This document shows, in pieces, positions 18,237 through 26,590 of a stretch of DNA of 64,000 nucleotides. The notes below the pieces were generated by a model. It was not told the DNA's origin and made no database searches. It was given only the letters and a program-made list of their open reading frames with translations. The translations under genes were made by a program, and so were the position numbers. Position 1 is the first letter of the stretch. Each line of letters opens with the position of its first letter. Source of the DNA: Pseudomonadota bacterium (GTDB lineage Bacteria > Pseudomonadota > Alphaproteobacteria > JACQOE01); contig JACQOE010000023.1 in NCBI GenBank assembly GCA_016202695.1, forward strand, positions 10,354 to 74,353. The letters are read 5' to 3'.

Positions 18237-19037
18237 TCAGCCGCCGGCCTCCTTCGCCTCCTTGGGGAGCTGCCGGCGCTCGGCGATCGCCGCCGTCAAC
18301 GTCTTGGCCCTCTCGGGGTCCATGGCGGCGAAGATCGGCGCCGTCTTCGCCTCGCGCATGCGCTCGACCACGTCGAGGACGATCGGCAGGTCGAGCTGCT
18401 CGAAGATGCGGGCGGCGTCGCGCGGCTTCATCGCCTCGTAGATCTTGACCAGGCTCTTGAGCTTCTCCTCCTCCTGCTCGCCGTACTTCTTGAGCAGGCC
18501 CTCGATGGTGGTCTTGAGCTCCTTGAGGTCGGCGATCTTCTTGTCGAGCCGCTTCTCGGCCGCCTGCAGCAGCCCTTCGCGCTGGACGATCTCGGACTCG
18601 CGCCGCTCGATCTCGTCGCGCCGGACGGCGAGGCCCTGCAGGAGCTCGATCTCGGCGCGGGTGAAGAGGGTGGGATCCGCGGGCAGCGCTTCGCCCGCCG
18701 GCTTTGCGGTCGGGCCCTTGCCGGCGCGGGCGCGGCCCGTTTCCAGCTCCTTGGCGAGGTCGGCGGCGGTGCCGCCGAAGGCCGACGCCTCGGGGAGCGT
18801 CTTCTTGATCCCCTTCTCCTTCGCCTCGCCCTCGCCGGCCTGCTGCGGAGCCGGCTTCGGCTGCGCGCGCGCCGGGGCCTGCTGTTGCTGCTGCGCCTGC
18901 GCCTGCTGCTGCGCCTGAGTCTGGGCCACGGCGAGGAACGCCGGCCCCGAAACCCCGCGCAGGATGTCGCCGAGCTTGACCGAGAGCAAGAGCGCGCCGC
19001 CGAAGATCACGGCCGGGAGGAAGCGAATCCGGAACAT
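18237..19037 (-). CDS. motE: MotE/FlbB-like protein (MgtE_N-type domain)
   Basis: N-terminal TM, Gln-rich stretch, coiled coil. C-terminal KIYEAMKPRDAARIFEQLDLPIVLDVVERM...AMDPERAKTLTAAI matches the MotE pattern. Confidence 0.7.
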   Translation of the reverse strand: MFRIRFLPAVIFGGALLLSVKLGDILRGVSGPAFLAVAQTQAQQQAQAQQQQQAPARAQPKPAPQQAGEGEAKEKGIKKTLPEASAFGGTAADLAKELETGRARAGKGPTAKPAGEALPADPTLFTRAEIELLQGLAVRRDEIERRESEIVQREGLLQAAEKRLDKKIADLKELKTTIEGLLKKYGEQEEEKLKSLVKIYEAMKPRDAARIFEQLDLPIVLDVVERMREAKTAPIFAAMDPERAKTLTAAIAERRQLPKEAKEAGG

Positions 19038-19053
19038 CCCGCCCCACCCTCCG

Positions 19054-19524
19054 TCAGCGACTCGCCTCGAGCGCGCGCAGGAGCTCGCGCTCGGTCTCGG
19101 AGCGGGTGGCGCCGGCGAAGCGGTCGCCGAGCGCGGTCGCGGCGCGGCCCGGCCGGACGGCGGGAGTCGCCTTCTCGGCGCGGGCGCTGGCCACGGCCCG
19201 GGCCCGCTGAACCTCGGACTCGAGGCGGTCGGCGAGGTCGCCGCCCCGCTTCGCCATATAGCTCAGGTCGTCCATCAGGGTTTGGGCCTTGCTCATCTCC
19301 TGCTGAAGCATCTTGCCGGTGTCGGCCGCCGCCGCGCGCAGCTTGTGGAGGCTGCCCTCGGCGCGGATGGTGGCCTCGTTGAAGCGGGCGATCAGATTGA
19401 TCAGCTCCGACTTGTCGCCCCTGAGCACGCCGAGACGCCGGTTGAGGATGTAGGCATAGACGATCGTCGCGACCAGCAGCACCGCGATGACCAGGTCGAG
19501 AGCGAGGGTGAGCACTGCCATCAT
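19054..19524 (-). CDS. Small bitopic coiled-coil protein downstream of fliM (DUF6468/PflI-like)
   Basis: Internal ATG 19524 gives MMAVLTLALDLVIAVLLVATIVYAYIL plus a coiled coil. Same position as pflI in the Caulobacter fliL-fliM operon. The remainder of the 496-aa ORF was rejected. Confidence 0.45.
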   Translation of the reverse strand: MMAVLTLALDLVIAVLLVATIVYAYILNRRLGVLRGDKSELINLIARFNEATIRAEGSLHKLRAAAADTGKMLQQEMSKAQTLMDDLSYMAKRGGDLADRLESEVQRARAVASARAEKATPAVRPGRAATALGDRFAGATRSETERELLRALEASR

Positions 19525-19529
19525 AGCCT

Positions 19530-20639
19530 TCAGCTTACTTTCTTGACGATCCGATCCACGACCTGCACGGCGACGCGGTCGCCCTTGCGGCCGGTGACGG
19601 CGGTGAACATCGGCACCTCGCCGCAGCGGACCGCGACCTGGGTGTGCGGGGTGGCGTTGAGGAGGATGCGCGAGCCGGGCTGGAACCCGAGCACGTCGCG
19701 CAGCCGCATGGTCTGCTCGTCGAGGACCACGTCGAGCTGGATCTCGGTCAGCCACAACTCCCGGGCGAGGTGCGTCTCCCAGATCGAGTCGCGGCCGAAC
19801 TTCTCGCCCATGAACATCTGCAGCAGAAGCTCGCGCACCGGCTCGAGGGTGGCATAGGGCAGAAGCAGCTCGAGGCGCCCGCCGCGGTCCTCCATGTCGA
19901 TCCTGAGCTTGGCGACGATGCCGGCATTGGAAGGGCGCGAGATGGTGGCGAAGCGGGGGTTGGTCTCCAGCCGCTCGAAGCGGAAGGTGACCGGGCTCAG
20001 CGGGTCGAAGGCGGCGGATAGGTCGCCCAGCACCACGTGCACCATGCGCTCGACCAGGTTGCGCTCGATGGTGGTGTAGGGCCGACCCTCGATGCGCATC
20101 GCCGCCGTGCCCCGCCGGCCGCCCAGGAGCACGTCGACGATCGAATAGATGAGGGAGCTGTCGACGACCAGGAGCCCGTAGTTGTCCCACTCCTCGGCCT
20201 TGAACACGGCGAGCATGGCGGGAAGCGGGATCGAGTTGAGATAGTCGCCGAAGCGCAGCGAGACGATGTTGTCGAGCGAGACCTCGACGTTGTCGGACGT
20301 GAAGTTGCGCAGACTCGTCGACATCATCCGCACCAGCCGGTCGTAGACCACCTCCAGCATCGGCAGGCGCTCGTAGGAGACCATGCCGCTGTTGATGATT
20401 TGCTGGATGCCGGAGCGCTCGCCGCCCTCGCCCGCCTCCTCGTCGAAGCCAAGCAGGCTGTCGATCTCGTCCTGATTGAGCACCCGCCCCGAGGTCGGCA
20501 CGCCCTCGCCCGCGGCCGCCGCCTCCTCGGCCATCGTTCCCCACTCGGCGCCGCCGGCCTTCTCGGAGACGGGCTTGACCTCGTCGCCGGCGCCGCTCGC
20601 CGGCGCTCCGTTGCCGGCGCTGGTCGGTGTGTCCGCCAT
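19530..20639 (-). CDS. fliM: Flagellar motor switch protein FliM
   Basis: CheY-binding-type N-motif LNQDEIDSLLGF. FliM middle and FliN-like C-domain pattern. 369 aa. Confidence 0.95.
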   Translation of the reverse strand: MADTPTSAGNGAPASGAGDEVKPVSEKAGGAEWGTMAEEAAAAGEGVPTSGRVLNQDEIDSLLGFDEEAGEGGERSGIQQIINSGMVSYERLPMLEVVYDRLVRMMSTSLRNFTSDNVEVSLDNIVSLRFGDYLNSIPLPAMLAVFKAEEWDNYGLLVVDSSLIYSIVDVLLGGRRGTAAMRIEGRPYTTIERNLVERMVHVVLGDLSAAFDPLSPVTFRFERLETNPRFATISRPSNAGIVAKLRIDMEDRGGRLELLLPYATLEPVRELLLQMFMGEKFGRDSIWETHLARELWLTEIQLDVVLDEQTMRLRDVLGFQPGSRILLNATPHTQVAVRCGEVPMFTAVTGRKGDRVAVQVVDRIVKKVS

Positions 20640-20705
20640 GACTGCGTCCCTCGTGGTCGATCTCGCCCGGCGCTGTGCGGCCGCCCCTCGGCGCCGATCA
20701 GAGCG

Positions 20706-21269
20706 CTATTGGATTAACATTTCCCTAAAAAGCACGTCGTTGATCTTGGTCGGAGCGGTGGCCGCGTTCACCCGCGCCAGAAGCTCCTCGCGCAGCCGGT
20801 AGACGCCGGCCGAACCGTGCAGGTCCTCCACCCTGAGCTCGCGCAGGTAGACCTGGAAGTTGTCCATGATCCGCGGCAGCGACGATTCGAGCTTGCTGGC
20901 GTCGTCGGGGTTGTCGAGCTCGAGCGTCACCCGCATCTTCAGGTACTGCGCCTTTCGCCCGCTGGCGTTGAGGTTCACGAGCACCTCGGGGAGCTCGTAG
21001 AAGGTCCCGGTTCGCGCCTTCTTCTGGCGCTCGATCTTCTCATCGGACGGGGGCTTCTCGGCGACCTCGTCGCCGCGACCGAAGATGAGGGCGATCAGGG
21101 GGTCGGCGGCACCGGTGAAGTAGGCGCCCGCGGCCGCCCCGATCACCAGGAGGAGCGGCAGCACCACCAGGAAGATGAGCCGCTTGCTGCCCTTCTTGCC
21201 CTCGCCGACCTCGACTTCGCCGGCCTCGAGGTCGCCTTCGTCCTGCTGGTTTGCGTCGTCGTCGGCCAT
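20706..21269 (-). CDS. fliL: Flagellar basal-body-associated protein FliL
   Basis: ATG 21269 preceded by GAGG. TM LIFLVVLPLLLVIGAAAGAYF. FYELPEVLVNLN...YLKMRVTLEL FliL signature. Confidence 0.9.
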   Translation of the reverse strand: MADDDANQQDEGDLEAGEVEVGEGKKGSKRLIFLVVLPLLLVIGAAAGAYFTGAADPLIALIFGRGDEVAEKPPSDEKIERQKKARTGTFYELPEVLVNLNASGRKAQYLKMRVTLELDNPDDASKLESSLPRIMDNFQVYLRELRVEDLHGSAGVYRLREELLARVNAATAPTKINDVLFREMLIQ

Positions 21270-21333
21270 GGCCTTGCCTCGCACGCTCCTTGCCCGCGCC
21301 CGCCGATACTAGGGCGGGCGGGTTAACGAGAGG

Positions 21334-21350
21334 TTGCACCGCACCGGCCG
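21334..21350 (-). promoter_or_regulatory. Weak candidate sigma54 promoter for fliL
   Basis: Minus strand reads CGGCCG-GTGCG-GTGCAA with GG/GC at correct 12-nt spacing, about 50 nt upstream of the ORF's upstream GTG (21284), about 65 nt from ATG 21269. Poor match outside GG/GC. Confidence 0.25.
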
Positions 21351-21518
21351 CCCGCCACCGCCGCGGCGAGAGCCACCGGGGCACGGGCCGGCGGGCGCGT
21401 CGCGGCCGGCTTTCAGGTTAACACAGAGATAGGGGTCCGCCCCCGGGGGATTTCAAGGGCGCGGCGAAGGCGCCCGCGGAGCGGCTCGGCCGGGCCCGCC
21501 CCGGCCCCCCCCCGGACG

Positions 21519-21576
21519 GGCAGTTTCTACCCGGCAAAGCCTGCCGAAAACGCCGCCGAGGGCGGCAGGATCTGTT
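21519..21576. promoter_or_regulatory. Cluster of three ftr-like palindromes (putative FlbD enhancer) in the fliL/flgF divergent region
   Basis: GGCAG-TTT-CTACC at 21519-21531. GGCAA-AGC-CTGCC at 21533-21545. GGCAG-GAT-CTGTT at 21564-21576. Confidence 0.5.
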
Positions 21577-21620
21577 CGCCGGCCAGACCATAGCCATTTG
21601 ATTTCGCTAAATTTTCCCAC

Positions 21621-21636
21621 TGGCACAAGGCATGCA
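21621..21636 (+). promoter_or_regulatory. sigma54 (-24/-12) promoter of flgF-flgG-flgA-flgH
   Basis: TGGCAC-AAGGC-ATGCA with GG/GC spacing as in the TGGCAC-N5-TTGCA consensus. About 73 nt upstream of the flgF ATG. Confidence 0.7.
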
Positions 21637-21708
21637 CCACGGGACCGGCAAGGCGACGGCGCGCGAGTGCCGGACGCGAACCACAACAAACCCAGTGTCG
21701 AACGAACG

Positions 21709-22452
21709 ATGGAAAACACAGTCTTCATTGCCCTTTCGCGCCAGATGGCCATGCAGCGCCAGATGGACGTGATCGCCAACAACCTGGCCAACGCCAACAC
21801 CTCGGGCTTCAAGGCCCAGCGGATGATGTTCGCCGAGCACCTCGTCCAGGTGCGCCACGTCGACCGCTTCCCCGGCGGCCGGGAGCTGGCCTTCGCCAGC
21901 GACGTCAAGGTCTACCGCGACTTGAGCGAGGGTCCGCTGCGCCATACCGGCAACCCGCTCGACATCGCCATCCACGGCGAGGGCTACTTTGCGGTCGATA
22001 CCCCGAACGGCGAGCGCTACACCCGCCACGGCCACTTCCGCCTCAACGAGACCGGGCAGATGGTCACCGACGACGGCAATCCCGTGCTCTCGAACACCAA
22101 TCAGCCGATCGTGATCACCGGCGCCGATCGGCGCATCGACGTCGCCCGCGACGGCACCGTCTCCACCGACAACGGGGTGATCGGCCGCATCCGGGTGGTG
22201 CGCTTCGCCGACGAGAACGCGGTGCGCAAGGAGGCCAACAGCCTCTACGCCGCCGACAGCCCGCCGACGGCCCTGGATCGGCCCTCGGTCGAGCAGGGAT
22301 TCATCGAGGAATCCAACGTCAAGCCGATCATCGAGCTGACCCAGATGATGACCACCATGCGCGAGTTCCAGGTCGTCTCCCAGATGCTCGAGCGCGAGAA
22401 CGAGCGCCAGAGCCAGGCGATCGACAAGCTCACTCGCGCCAGCGCCGCCTAG
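21709..22452 (+). CDS. flgF: Flagellar rod protein FlgF
   Basis: Internal ATG 21709 gives MENTVFIALSRQMAMQRQMDVIANNLANANTSGFK. C-terminal EESNVKPIIELTQMMTTMREFQ. Confidence 0.9.
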   Translation: MENTVFIALSRQMAMQRQMDVIANNLANANTSGFKAQRMMFAEHLVQVRHVDRFPGGRELAFASDVKVYRDLSEGPLRHTGNPLDIAIHGEGYFAVDTPNGERYTRHGHFRLNETGQMVTDDGNPVLSNTNQPIVITGADRRIDVARDGTVSTDNGVIGRIRVVRFADENAVRKEANSLYAADSPPTALDRPSVEQGFIEESNVKPIIELTQMMTTMREFQVVSQMLERENERQSQAIDKLTRASAA

Positions 22453-22468
22453 AAGGAGGGTTCGAGCC

Positions 22469-23254
22469 ATGCGGTCCCTGAACATCGCCGCCACCGGGAT
22501 GCTCGCCCAGCAGCTCAACGTCGAGGTCATCTCCAACAACCTCGCCAACATGAACACCACCGGTTACAAGCGCCAGCGGGCCGAGTTCCAGGACCTGCTC
22601 TACCAGAACCTGCGCCGGGTGGGCTCCACCTCCTCCGACACCGGCACGGTGGTGCCGGCGGGCGTGCAGATCGGGCTCGGCTCCAAGACCGCGGCCGTCT
22701 ACCGCATCACCGAGCAGGGCAACCTCCTGACCACCGGCAACGCCTTCGACCTGGCGGTCGAGGGCAAGGGCTTCTTCCGGGTCCAGATGCCGACCGGCGA
22801 GACCGCCTACACCCGCGACGGCACCTTCTCGATCAACGCCCAGGGCCAGCTGGTGACCGCCGACGGCTTCACGGTGCTGCCCGGAATCACGATCCCCAAC
22901 AACGCCATCGACGTGACCATCAACTCGAGCGGCGAGGTGCTGGTCAAGATCGACCAGCAGGTGGCGATCCAGAACGTCGGCCAGATCGAGCTCGCCACCT
23001 TCGCCAACGAGGCCGGACTGCAGGCGCTGGGCAACAACCTGTTCCTCGAGACCACCGCCTCGGGCACCGCCCAGGCGTCGGTGCCCGGCTCCGCCGGCTA
23101 CGGCAAGATCCAGCAGGGCTTCATCGAGACCTCGAACGTCAACGTCGTAAACGAGATCACCAGCCTCATCACCGCGCAGCGCGCCTACGAGATGAACTCG
23201 CGGGTCATCTCGGCCTCCGACGAGATGCTGCAGACGCTGTCGCGGCTGCGCTAG
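22469..23254 (+). CDS. flgG: Flagellar distal rod protein FlgG
   Basis: MRSLNIAATGMLAQQLNVEVISNNLANMNTTGYK and ETSNVNVVNEITSLITAQRAYEMNSRVI. 261 aa. Confidence 0.95.
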   Translation: MRSLNIAATGMLAQQLNVEVISNNLANMNTTGYKRQRAEFQDLLYQNLRRVGSTSSDTGTVVPAGVQIGLGSKTAAVYRITEQGNLLTTGNAFDLAVEGKGFFRVQMPTGETAYTRDGTFSINAQGQLVTADGFTVLPGITIPNNAIDVTINSSGEVLVKIDQQVAIQNVGQIELATFANEAGLQALGNNLFLETTASGTAQASVPGSAGYGKIQQGFIETSNVNVVNEITSLITAQRAYEMNSRVISASDEMLQTLSRLR

Positions 23255-23263
23255 GAGGGGGCC

Positions 23264-24277
23264 ATGATCATCCGTCTCATCCTCGCCGTCCTCTTCGGCC
23301 TCGCCCTCGGCTTCGCGGGGGGCGCGCCGCTCGGGCTGCGCAACGCCCACGCCGCGGCGCCCTCGGCCCAGGCCGCGGCCCAGGCGGGGACGCCCGCCTA
23401 CCTCAACGAGCAGGTGATGGTCAGCGACGGGCTGGTGCGGCTCGGCGACCTCTTCGCCAACGTCCCCGCCGAGCGGGCGGGAATCGCCGTCGGCTACGCC
23501 CCCGCCCCGGGCAGGCGCGCCATCTTCGACGTCCGCTGGCTGCTCAGTGTCGCCCGCAGCTACCGGATCGACTGGCGCCCGACCAGCCGCTACGACCGGG
23601 TGATCGTGGAGCGCGCGAGCCAGATCGTCTCGGGCCGCGAGATCGAGGAGGCCGTGCGCCAGGCCCTCGCCAAGAGCGGTCTCGGCCCCGACATCGACGT
23701 CCACCTCTCCCAGACCCAGCTCGAGCTGCACATCCCAAAGGAGGCCGATCCCACCATCCTGGTCGAGGACCTCGCCCAGGACGAGCCCAGCGGGCGCTTC
23801 AGTGCCGCCGTCGTCGTCTCGCCGAACTCGCCGCAGGCGGTGCGCACACGTATCGCCGGGCGGGTGAGCCGACTGGTCGAGGTCCCGGTCCCGGCCCAGA
23901 ACGTCGCCCCCGGCGCCGTCATCCGGCAGGACGACGTCCGCTGGCTCAAGCTCCCGGCCGAACGCCTGACGCGGAACGTGGTGACCGACGCCTCCGAGCT
24001 GATCGGCAAGGCCGCCAAGCGGGCGCTGCGCGCCGACGCGCCGGTGCAGGTCGCCGACATCCAGCGCCCGGTGCTGGTGGCCAAGGGAAGCCTGGTGACC
24101 ATCGTCCTCACCACCCCCTCTATGAGCCTCACCGCCCAGGGCAAAGCGCTGGAGGACGGCGCCGACGGCGACACCATCCCGGTGATGAACACCCGCAGCC
24201 GCAGGGTGCTCGACGCCATGGTCGCGGGCAGCGGCCAGGTGCGGGTGGTGCCCGCCCTCAGGCTCGTCAGCCAGTAG
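23264..24277 (+). CDS. flgA: Flagellar P-ring assembly chaperone FlgA (long form)
   Basis: Signal peptide. C-terminal SAF-like VLVAKGSLVTIVL...LTAQGKALEDGADGDTIPVMNTRSRRVLDAMV. Position between flgG and flgH. Confidence 0.8.
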   Translation: MIIRLILAVLFGLALGFAGGAPLGLRNAHAAAPSAQAAAQAGTPAYLNEQVMVSDGLVRLGDLFANVPAERAGIAVGYAPAPGRRAIFDVRWLLSVARSYRIDWRPTSRYDRVIVERASQIVSGREIEEAVRQALAKSGLGPDIDVHLSQTQLELHIPKEADPTILVEDLAQDEPSGRFSAAVVVSPNSPQAVRTRIAGRVSRLVEVPVPAQNVAPGAVIRQDDVRWLKLPAERLTRNVVTDASELIGKAAKRALRADAPVQVADIQRPVLVAKGSLVTIVLTTPSMSLTAQGKALEDGADGDTIPVMNTRSRRVLDAMVAGSGQVRVVPALRLVSQ

Positions 24278-24288
24278 GAGCGCGAGAG

Positions 24289-25050
24289 ATGACCCCCGGA
24301 TTCGCCCCCAAGGCCCTTAGGCTGGCCGCGCTTGTCGGGCTTGCCGGCCTCGTCGCGGGTTGCAATGCCCTCACCCGGCTCTCCGAGGTGGGCACGCCGC
24401 CCAAGCTTTCGGAAGTCGAGAGCCCGACGACCAAGCCAGGCTACCGGCCGATCAGCATGCCGATGCCGACGCCGAGCCGGATGGAACGCCAAGTGGCCTC
24501 GCTGTGGCGGCCCGGGGCGCGGCAGTTCTTCAAGGACAACCGCGCCGGCGAGGTGGGCGACATCCTGACCGTGATCGTCAAGATCTCGGACAAGGCCTCG
24601 CTGGCCAACAAGACCGAGCAGACCCGCGACAATTCGGAGTCGCTCGGCGTGCCCAGCCTGCTCGGCTTCGAGAGCAGCTTCGGCAAGCACCTCCCCCAGG
24701 CGGTCGATCCCTCCAGCCTGGTGGACATGAGCACCGACAGCACGACCAAGGGCGACGGCAAGATCGACCGCGCGGATACGGTCGAGGTGCGGGTCGCGGC
24801 CCTGGTCACCCAGGTCCTGCCCAACGGCAACCTAGTCATCGCCGGGCGCCAGGAGGTGCGGGTCAACTACGAGTTGCGCGAGCTCACCGTCTCGGGCGTG
24901 ATCCGGCCCTCCGACATCACCTCCGAGAACACCATCAACCACGACCAGGTTGCCGAGGCGCGGGTCGCCTATGGCGGCCGGGGCACGCTGAGCGACATCC
25001 AGCAGCCGCGCTACGGCCAGCAGATCCTCGACATCGTGCTGCCCTTCTAG
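24289..25050 (+). CDS. flgH: Flagellar L-ring lipoprotein FlgH
   Basis: Lipobox LVAGCN. GDILTVIV, LPNGNLVIAGRQEVRVNYELRELTVSGVIRPSDI. Confidence 0.95.
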   Translation: MTPGFAPKALRLAALVGLAGLVAGCNALTRLSEVGTPPKLSEVESPTTKPGYRPISMPMPTPSRMERQVASLWRPGARQFFKDNRAGEVGDILTVIVKISDKASLANKTEQTRDNSESLGVPSLLGFESSFGKHLPQAVDPSSLVDMSTDSTTKGDGKIDRADTVEVRVAALVTQVLPNGNLVIAGRQEVRVNYELRELTVSGVIRPSDITSENTINHDQVAEARVAYGGRGTLSDIQQPRYGQQILDIVLPF

Positions 25051-25071
25051 GCCGGATCCCCGCCGAACCGG

Positions 25072-25143
25072 GATCGGCGCCGCCCTCCGCCGGCGGCGCC
25101 GATCGGTCGCACACAATGATGGCCGGGGCGATGCGCCCCGGCC
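25072..25143. terminator. Two GC-rich perfect hairpins between convergent flgH and dksA
   Basis: 25072-25104 is a 13-bp stem (GATCGGCGCCGCC/GGCGGCGCCGATC). 25121-25143 is a 10-bp stem (GGCCGGGGCG/CGCCCCGGCC). No clear U-tracts. Confidence 0.5.
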
Positions 25144-25179
25144 AGTGAGTCCGCCGCCGGCCGTGCCGGCCCGGCGCCG

Positions 25180-25602
25180 TCACTCGAGGTCGTCGCGGCG
25201 CGTGCGCTCGAGCCGCTCGTGGCGCTCCTGGGCCTCGAGGCTCAAGGTGGCGATGGGGCGCGCCTCCAGCCGGCGGAGCGAGATCGGCTCATGGGTCTCC
25301 TCGCAGAAGCCGTAGGTCCCCCTCTCGATCCGCTCGAGGGCCTCGTTGATCTTGGCGATCAGCTTGCGGGCGCGGTCGCGGGTGCGCAGCTCCAGCGCCC
25401 GGTCGGCCTCAAGCGAGGCCCGATCGGCGATGTCCGGCTCCTGCGTCCCGCCCTCCTGGAGGTGCTGCAGGGTCAGGTTCGATTCCTTCAGGATGTCGAC
25501 CCGCCAGCGCAACAACTTCTGGCGGAAGTACTCCCGCTGGAGCGGGCTCATGAACTCTTCATTGTCGCTTGGTCGATAGTCGGGCGGTAGCGTGATCGTC
25601 AT
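25180..25602 (-). CDS. dksA: DksA/TraR-family RNA-polymerase-binding factor with degenerate (single-Cys) zinc finger
   Basis: Coiled-coil tip DIADRA. ELRTRDRARKLIAKI. Finger region GFCEETHEPISLRRLEARPIATLSLEAQ retains only the first of the four canonical Cys. Confidence 0.85.
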   Translation of the reverse strand: MTITLPPDYRPSDNEEFMSPLQREYFRQKLLRWRVDILKESNLTLQHLQEGGTQEPDIADRASLEADRALELRTRDRARKLIAKINEALERIERGTYGFCEETHEPISLRRLEARPIATLSLEAQERHERLERTRRDDLE

Positions 25603-25755
25603 TCGTCTTCCCCGGTAAGTCCTCCCGACTCGGAGGCGGCGCGGAGTATATGAATCGGCCCGCCGCCTCGCAAGAGGCAGGGAATTGAGGGAAATCAAGT
25701 GCATATGAGAGGGCTGCGGTCGCGACCCCGGCGGCGGGGTCGCCGCGGGGGCGGC

Positions 25756-26190
25756 TCAGGCGTAACGGCCGAACTTGGCCAGCTCAACCCGGGCGCGCAA
25801 CTCGATCTCGTCGAGGATGGCGGCGAGGCGAGGGTTGTCGGCGAGTTCGCGGCGGACGCGGACGAGCTTCAACAGCCGCTCGAGCCGGTCCCGCGGGACG
25901 CCGCCGACGACGAGCGCCCGACGGATCTCGTCGAGCTCGTCGAGCATCGCCTCGGCGCGCTGGCGAGCCCGCGCGTTGGCCCGCCCCGCGGTCGCATCGG
26001 GGACCTCCTGGGCGGCGAGGATCGAGTCGACCGCGCCGAGGGGGGCGCTTGCCCCGACCGGCGGCGGCTCGGCGTGGCCGTCGGCCGCTTGACGGAGCGT
26101 CTTCCTGAAGTCGCCACCGCGGGCCTCGCCGGCCTTCTCCGACCGGCGGACCGAGGGCGTGCGCGGCGTATTGACCCCGGTCACCTTCAT
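25756..26190 (-). CDS. fliX: Flagellar assembly regulator FliX
   Basis: MKVTG... N-terminus. C-terminal LAAILDEIELRARVELAKF. Divergent from flgI, as in Caulobacter. Confidence 0.75.
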   Translation of the reverse strand: MKVTGVNTPRTPSVRRSEKAGEARGGDFRKTLRQAADGHAEPPPVGASAPLGAVDSILAAQEVPDATAGRANARARQRAEAMLDELDEIRRALVVGGVPRDRLERLLKLVRVRRELADNPRLAAILDEIELRARVELAKFGRYA

Positions 26191-26409
26191 CGCTGGGGGG
26201 CCCTTGCTTCGGCCGCGCCCGAGGGGGCCCGACCCGCGGCTCGCAGGTGCGTCGCTGCCATTAAGCTTTTATATACGCTTTCCCCCCAACATCAAACGCG
26301 TTTGCGGAGCCCCGCGTCGGCCGACACGGCCTCGGCGCGGGGCGCCGGCGTAGGAGCCCGAAGGCCATGAGATGGGACGGTGTGGCGCGTTCGATCAGGC
26401 CCGGATGGG

Positions 26410-26445
26410 GCGGCAAGAATTGCCGCGCGGCCGGCGACGCTTGCC
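26410..26445. promoter_or_regulatory. ftr-like palindromes upstream of the flgI sigma54 promoter
   Basis: Perfect 17-bp palindrome GCGGCAAGAATTGCCGC at 26410-26426. Second weaker site GGCGA-CGC-TTGCC at 26433-26445. Confidence 0.55.
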
Positions 26446-26520
26446 TAGCCGGCGCCGACAGCGCCTCCTGGCGGGCGAAAGAAATCCTTTCGCCTCAATT
26501 GGTTGTCGATCAGAGCCAAG

Positions 26521-26536
26521 TGGCACGCCCTTCGCA
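26521..26536 (+). promoter_or_regulatory. sigma54 (-24/-12) promoter of the flgI operon
   Basis: TGGCAC-GCCCT-TCGCA with correct GG/GC spacing, about 55 nt upstream of ATG 26591. Confidence 0.7.
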
Positions 26537-26590
26537 CCCCAGGGCCGAAGCCTATGGTGCCGACACCCTGTTACAGGGGCAGAACGAAAA

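Noticed and set aside
21298-21310. GCCGATAC resembling the sigma28 -10 box (GCCGATAA)
   Set aside because: There is no TAAA-like -35 at the right distance, no fliA/flgM in the window, and it lies inside a region better explained by sigma54/CtrA elements.
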